Shown here piece after piece: positions 60,562 through 64,000 of a stretch of DNA of 64,000 nt. Every line of letters starts with the position of its first letter. Within the stretch, counting starts at the first letter, position 1. Source of the DNA: the human T2T-CHM13v2.0 reference genome, Homo sapiens; NCBI RefSeq assembly GCF_009914755.1, contig NC_060930.1; one strand, given 5' to 3'. Made by a program: the position numbers and the translations under genes. The notes beneath the pieces were generated by a model. It was not told the DNA's origin. It worked only from the letters and a program-made list of their open reading frames with translations, and searched no databases.

Positions 60562-60747
60562 TGTCAGGCCTCTGAGCCCAAGCTAAGCCATCATATCCCC
60601 TGTGACCTGCACGTATACATCCAGATGGCCTGAAGTAACTGAAGAATCACAAAAGAAGTGAAAATGGCCTGTTCATGCCTTAACTGATGACACTACCTTG
60701 TGAAATTCCTTCTCCTGGCTCATCCTGGCTCAAAAGCTCCCAGCTGA
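60562..60747 (+). mobile_element. Truncated HERV-H 3' LTR (LTR7, U3 part only)
   Basis: TGTCAGGCCTCTGAGCCCAAGCTAAGCCATCATATCCCCTGTGACCTGCACG...CTGGCTCAAAAGCTCC then loss of similarity; no R/U5. Confidence 0.9.
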
Positions 60748-61311
60748 GGCCCCCTTGGCCGCACGCTACCACAACCAGACAGAAAGCAGCTTTTGGACAG
60801 ATTTGATTTCACAGAAAAATCAAGGCCAGTATTTAGCCCAGGCTGTTCTTTTTTACAATGTCCTCTGAAATTCAGATGCCTGTCAACATCATGGACAGAC
60901 ATATTTCTCCCCACTTAATAGTGGTGTGTCACTGTAGTAAACCCAATACAAAAATTGCCCTTTTTGTAGGGGAGCTTTTTACCCTCCAGTGTTTTGCTTA
61001 ATTTTTGTGCAAGATGGCAACATACTTTAGTTCAGTTCTGATTTATTCCCAACATCATCAGTGCACCAAATTTTTTGTATCTCAAGGAGGGACCATTTAG
61101 AGGATGCTTATCACCAGTTAAAGTGACAGTGTCACAACCAAAGCGCATATTGTAAGAAATCAAATAATGGCCTCCAAGTTCCATTTCTACTCAGGGATGA
61201 ACAAATCAACATCAATCTTTGGAACACAGTTGCCACTGATGGTGCCTTACTCTTCTATCATGACATGGCAGTCAAGAGCAAACACAAAATTTATTCTTAT
61301 TTTAGGTTTTA

Positions 61312-62420
61312 TGGTTAGAATAGGAAGACAGCTAGACATGAGCAGGAGGGGGAAGCCCCTGAGAAAAGGGAAGTGTGGAAAATCTCACACCCCAGAAATT
61401 GCCTGAGTCCTGCATGCGAGATATGAGCAGAGGAGGGGGAATACTTAGGCAGAGAGGAATGCCCCTTAACACGCCCAGCAATCGCTCACTCAGTAGTTAA
61501 CTTTTCCAAGTGTCACGAGGTACATGCTGATAGGGAGGGAAGAGGGCAAAGGAAGAATTCCTAAGAGATACACAAGTGCAGTTAGTACAGATCTGAGTGC
61601 TATGCAACCTTCCTGGGGTAGCAGCAATGAGCAATGCAGCCGGTAGGTAGAATTCATATCTGATATGGTTTAGCTGTGTCCCCACTCAAATCTCATCTTG
61701 AATTATAGCTCCCATAATTCCCAAGTGTTGTGGAAGGGACCCAGTGGGAGATAATTGAATCATGGGGGCAGTTTCCCCCATACTGTTCTCATGGTAGTAA
61801 ATAATTCTCATGAGATCTGATGGTTTTATAACAGGAAACCTCTTAGGCTTGACTCACATTCTGTCTTGTCTGCCAACGTGTAAGACATGCATTTGGCCTT
61901 CCACCATGATTAGGAGGCCTCCTCAGTCACATGGAACTGTGAGTCCACTTAACCTCTTTTTCTTTATAAATTACCCAGTTTTGGGTATGACTTCATCAGC
62001 AGAATGAAAATGGACTAAAACAGTATCCAACACTAGGACGATGCATGCACATCAACTAATACTAAGGGAAGATCCCACAAGCCTAGAGTGGGGACTAGGC
62101 TGGGAAAAGGCTAGGACTTAAGGCAGGAGCAAGAAATCTAGACAAGGAAAAAAGGCAGAGACTTAAGACAGAGGTGGGAACTTCAGGAAAGAGTTTGATG
62201 TCATAGCAACTCAATGCAGAACTCTTGGAAAGCTGTTGACTCTCTCCCTTTCAACAGCCTGCTCTGCCTTATCTTTCAGAGCATACCGTCTCTCTGTGTA
62301 AATTCTCTGCTCTCTATATTCCTTCCATAAATTGTCTTTTTTGGCTAAATTAGTCACTTAGCAGAATTCTTTCTCCGAAGTAAGACAAAGATCTGAGGAT
62401 TCTTCCACTTCCAGATAACA
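61312..62420 (+). mobile_element. ERV1 MER4-group solo LTR (MER50-like) split by THE1
   Basis: GTTAGAATAGG...AGACATGAGCAGGAGGGGGAAGCCCCTGAG start, ...AGATAACA end; about 740 bp once THE1 is removed. Confidence 0.65.
61661..62022 (+). mobile_element. THE1 solo LTR
   Basis: TGATATGGTTTAGCTGTGTCCCCACTCAAATCTCATCTTGAATT ... GGACTAAAACA; near-TSD ATATC/GTATC. Confidence 0.9.
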
Positions 62421-62532
62421 CTGTATTCATTAATATAGTAACACAGGAGTGGTGACATCATTCTAACCTGTTTATCAATCTAGTTAATCTTTTAATATAT
62501 TGAAATCTGTGAATGGAAAAGTTTTTTATATA

Positions 62533-62772
62533 ATTTCAACTTTTGAGATTTGGAGGTACATAAGCAGGTTTGTTACATGAGTAAATTAGCCTCTTTTGGC
62601 CTCTCACCCTGTGAAGATTGTGTGACACTGAGGTTTGAGGCACAAATGATCTCATTACCCAGCTAGTGAGCTTCATACCCCACAGGTAGTTTTTCAGCCC
62701 CTGCCTTCCTCCCTCTCTCCCGGCTCTAGTAGTTGCCAGTGTGTCTTTTGTTGCCATCTTTACGTCCATGTT
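62533..62772 (-). mobile_element. L1PA 3' end fragment
   Basis: CAACTTTT...GGTACATAAGCAGGTTTGTTACATG resembles the reverse complement of an older L1PA 3' terminus. Confidence 0.7.
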
Positions 62773-62957
62773 TTGAAGTGTTTTCTTCATTAAATATCTT
62801 GATTCATAGCTATGCATTCTGCTTCCAGTAAAGCAGAAAGTTTTATTTGACTAATATGAACCAAATAGATAAAAAAAAGAACTCATGACAATCAGACTTG
62901 GTTAACTGACCATTTGATTAACTGAGCATTTGTTCCATTTGGATCTCCCACCTCTGG

Positions 62958-63092
62958 GTCAAGGAGAGCCTCTGGATGACTATGTGAATACCCAGGGGGC
63001 TTCGTGTTCAGTGTCACTAAGAAGGAGCTGGGGGCAGGAAGTATAGAAGAATGTGCAGCAAAATGTGAGGAGGACAAAGAATTCACCTGCAG
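62958..63092 (+). pseudogene. PLG-like pseudogene exon 2 (PAN/activation-peptide domain), disabled
   Basis: [16 protein letters not shown] and [29 protein letters not shown] lie in different frames (135 bp, 1-bp deletion near 63003); acceptor is ctctGG, not AG; donor CAG|GTATTT retained. Confidence 0.95.
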
Positions 63093-64000
63093 GTATTTCC
63101 ATTGTCGTTGCACCCACACAGGAATCTGTAATTCAGATGGCAAGTTATTTATTCACAAATTTAATAATGATTTAAGAGAAAAGAGGAATTTATAGAGTCA
63201 GGGTTTGGAACTATATTTGCTCACAGTATCTGAAGCCACACTAACAGCTTCTCATTAAGTTTTATTGGAGTCCCCTTTAGAAAAATACCCCAAAAGGAAG
63301 TTATTTATTTTTACACCGGACATAAACATTAGCAGCTATTATTCTTTGCTCTAGTTTTTAACATCATGATTATCAGTAAATGTTTGTTGAGGATCATGTG
63401 AATGAAAGTGTCCTAGATAGATCTGAGCAATGACTTATAGCTGCAAGATCCAGTGCCTGCCCTTTAGTATTTAAGGTGTAGTCAAAGAAACTGGATATAA
63501 TGTTTAAAAAAAAAAAAAAGAAAAGAAAAAAAAAAGCCCAAGTGAGGTACTGCGAAGTGGCATAATCAATGCATGCTCTACCCAGATCCAGAGGAAAGAA
63601 CAGTGCCTAAGGTTGAGGCAGCTAGAGGAGGCTCAGGGAGTAGGCAGGAACTGAGCTGGGTTTGGAGTTGAGAGAGCTCTTGACAAGCACCAGGAAGGTG
63701 GGGGATGGTGTGGTCCTGCACCCTCTGATGGGGACCATTAAGAGATTGAGTTGGCTGAAGCATAGGCTTTGTGTAAGTGATGGGCCTGGGAAGGTAGCTA
63801 TGGACGCCAGACTGAGCACCCACGGCAGGACCATGTGGATGGGGACGGGAGGAGTCAGGGGCCAGGGCAGGGTGGAATGTGGAGCAGAGGTTCAAGGGAA
63901 GTGATCAGAGTCGGGAGGTCATGGAGACGAGCCTCCCAGAACTGGGAGACAATAAACTTATGTCATTGAAGCCATGCAGTTTATGACCCTCTGTTATTGC

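Noticed and set aside
53880-63092. Calling the second copy a functional PLGLB/PLGLA gene, or a misassembled PLG start
   Set aside because: Dead acceptor and frameshift; its own AluY and HERV-H content and diverged bases argue for a real paralog; PLGLA/B are on chromosome 2, so no symbol was assigned

Overview
Human genomic DNA from the plasminogen locus (6q26), + strand. Positions 2124-32942 hold the last ten coding exons of PLG (exons 10-19: kringle 4, kringle 5, activation loop and serine-protease domain). All have GT-AG boundaries, the frame is continuous and the His/Asp/Ser triad is intact. The 3' UTR that follows has two AATAAA signals. Introns and the 3' flank are filled with L1, Alu, MIR, LTR and DNA-transposon relics and microsatellites. 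An orphan CpG island lies at about 46.8-47.5 kb. From about 52 kb a second, same-orientation copy of the PLG/LPA 5' end begins. Its promoter and signal-peptide exon 1 are nearly intact (ATG at 53880), and its 9-kb intron 1 carries a HERV-H fragment lacking the 5' LTR and half of the 3' LTR. Its exon 2 has a destroyed splice acceptor and a 1-bp frameshift, so it is an unprocessed PLG-like pseudogene. I found no evidence of a new protein-coding system. The most interesting open question is whether the pseudogene promoter and exon 1 are still transcribed and spliced into the HERV-H fragment or read through, and what the CpG island does. Repeat subfamily names and PLG/LPA comparisons are from memory and need RepeatMasker/BLAT confirmation.
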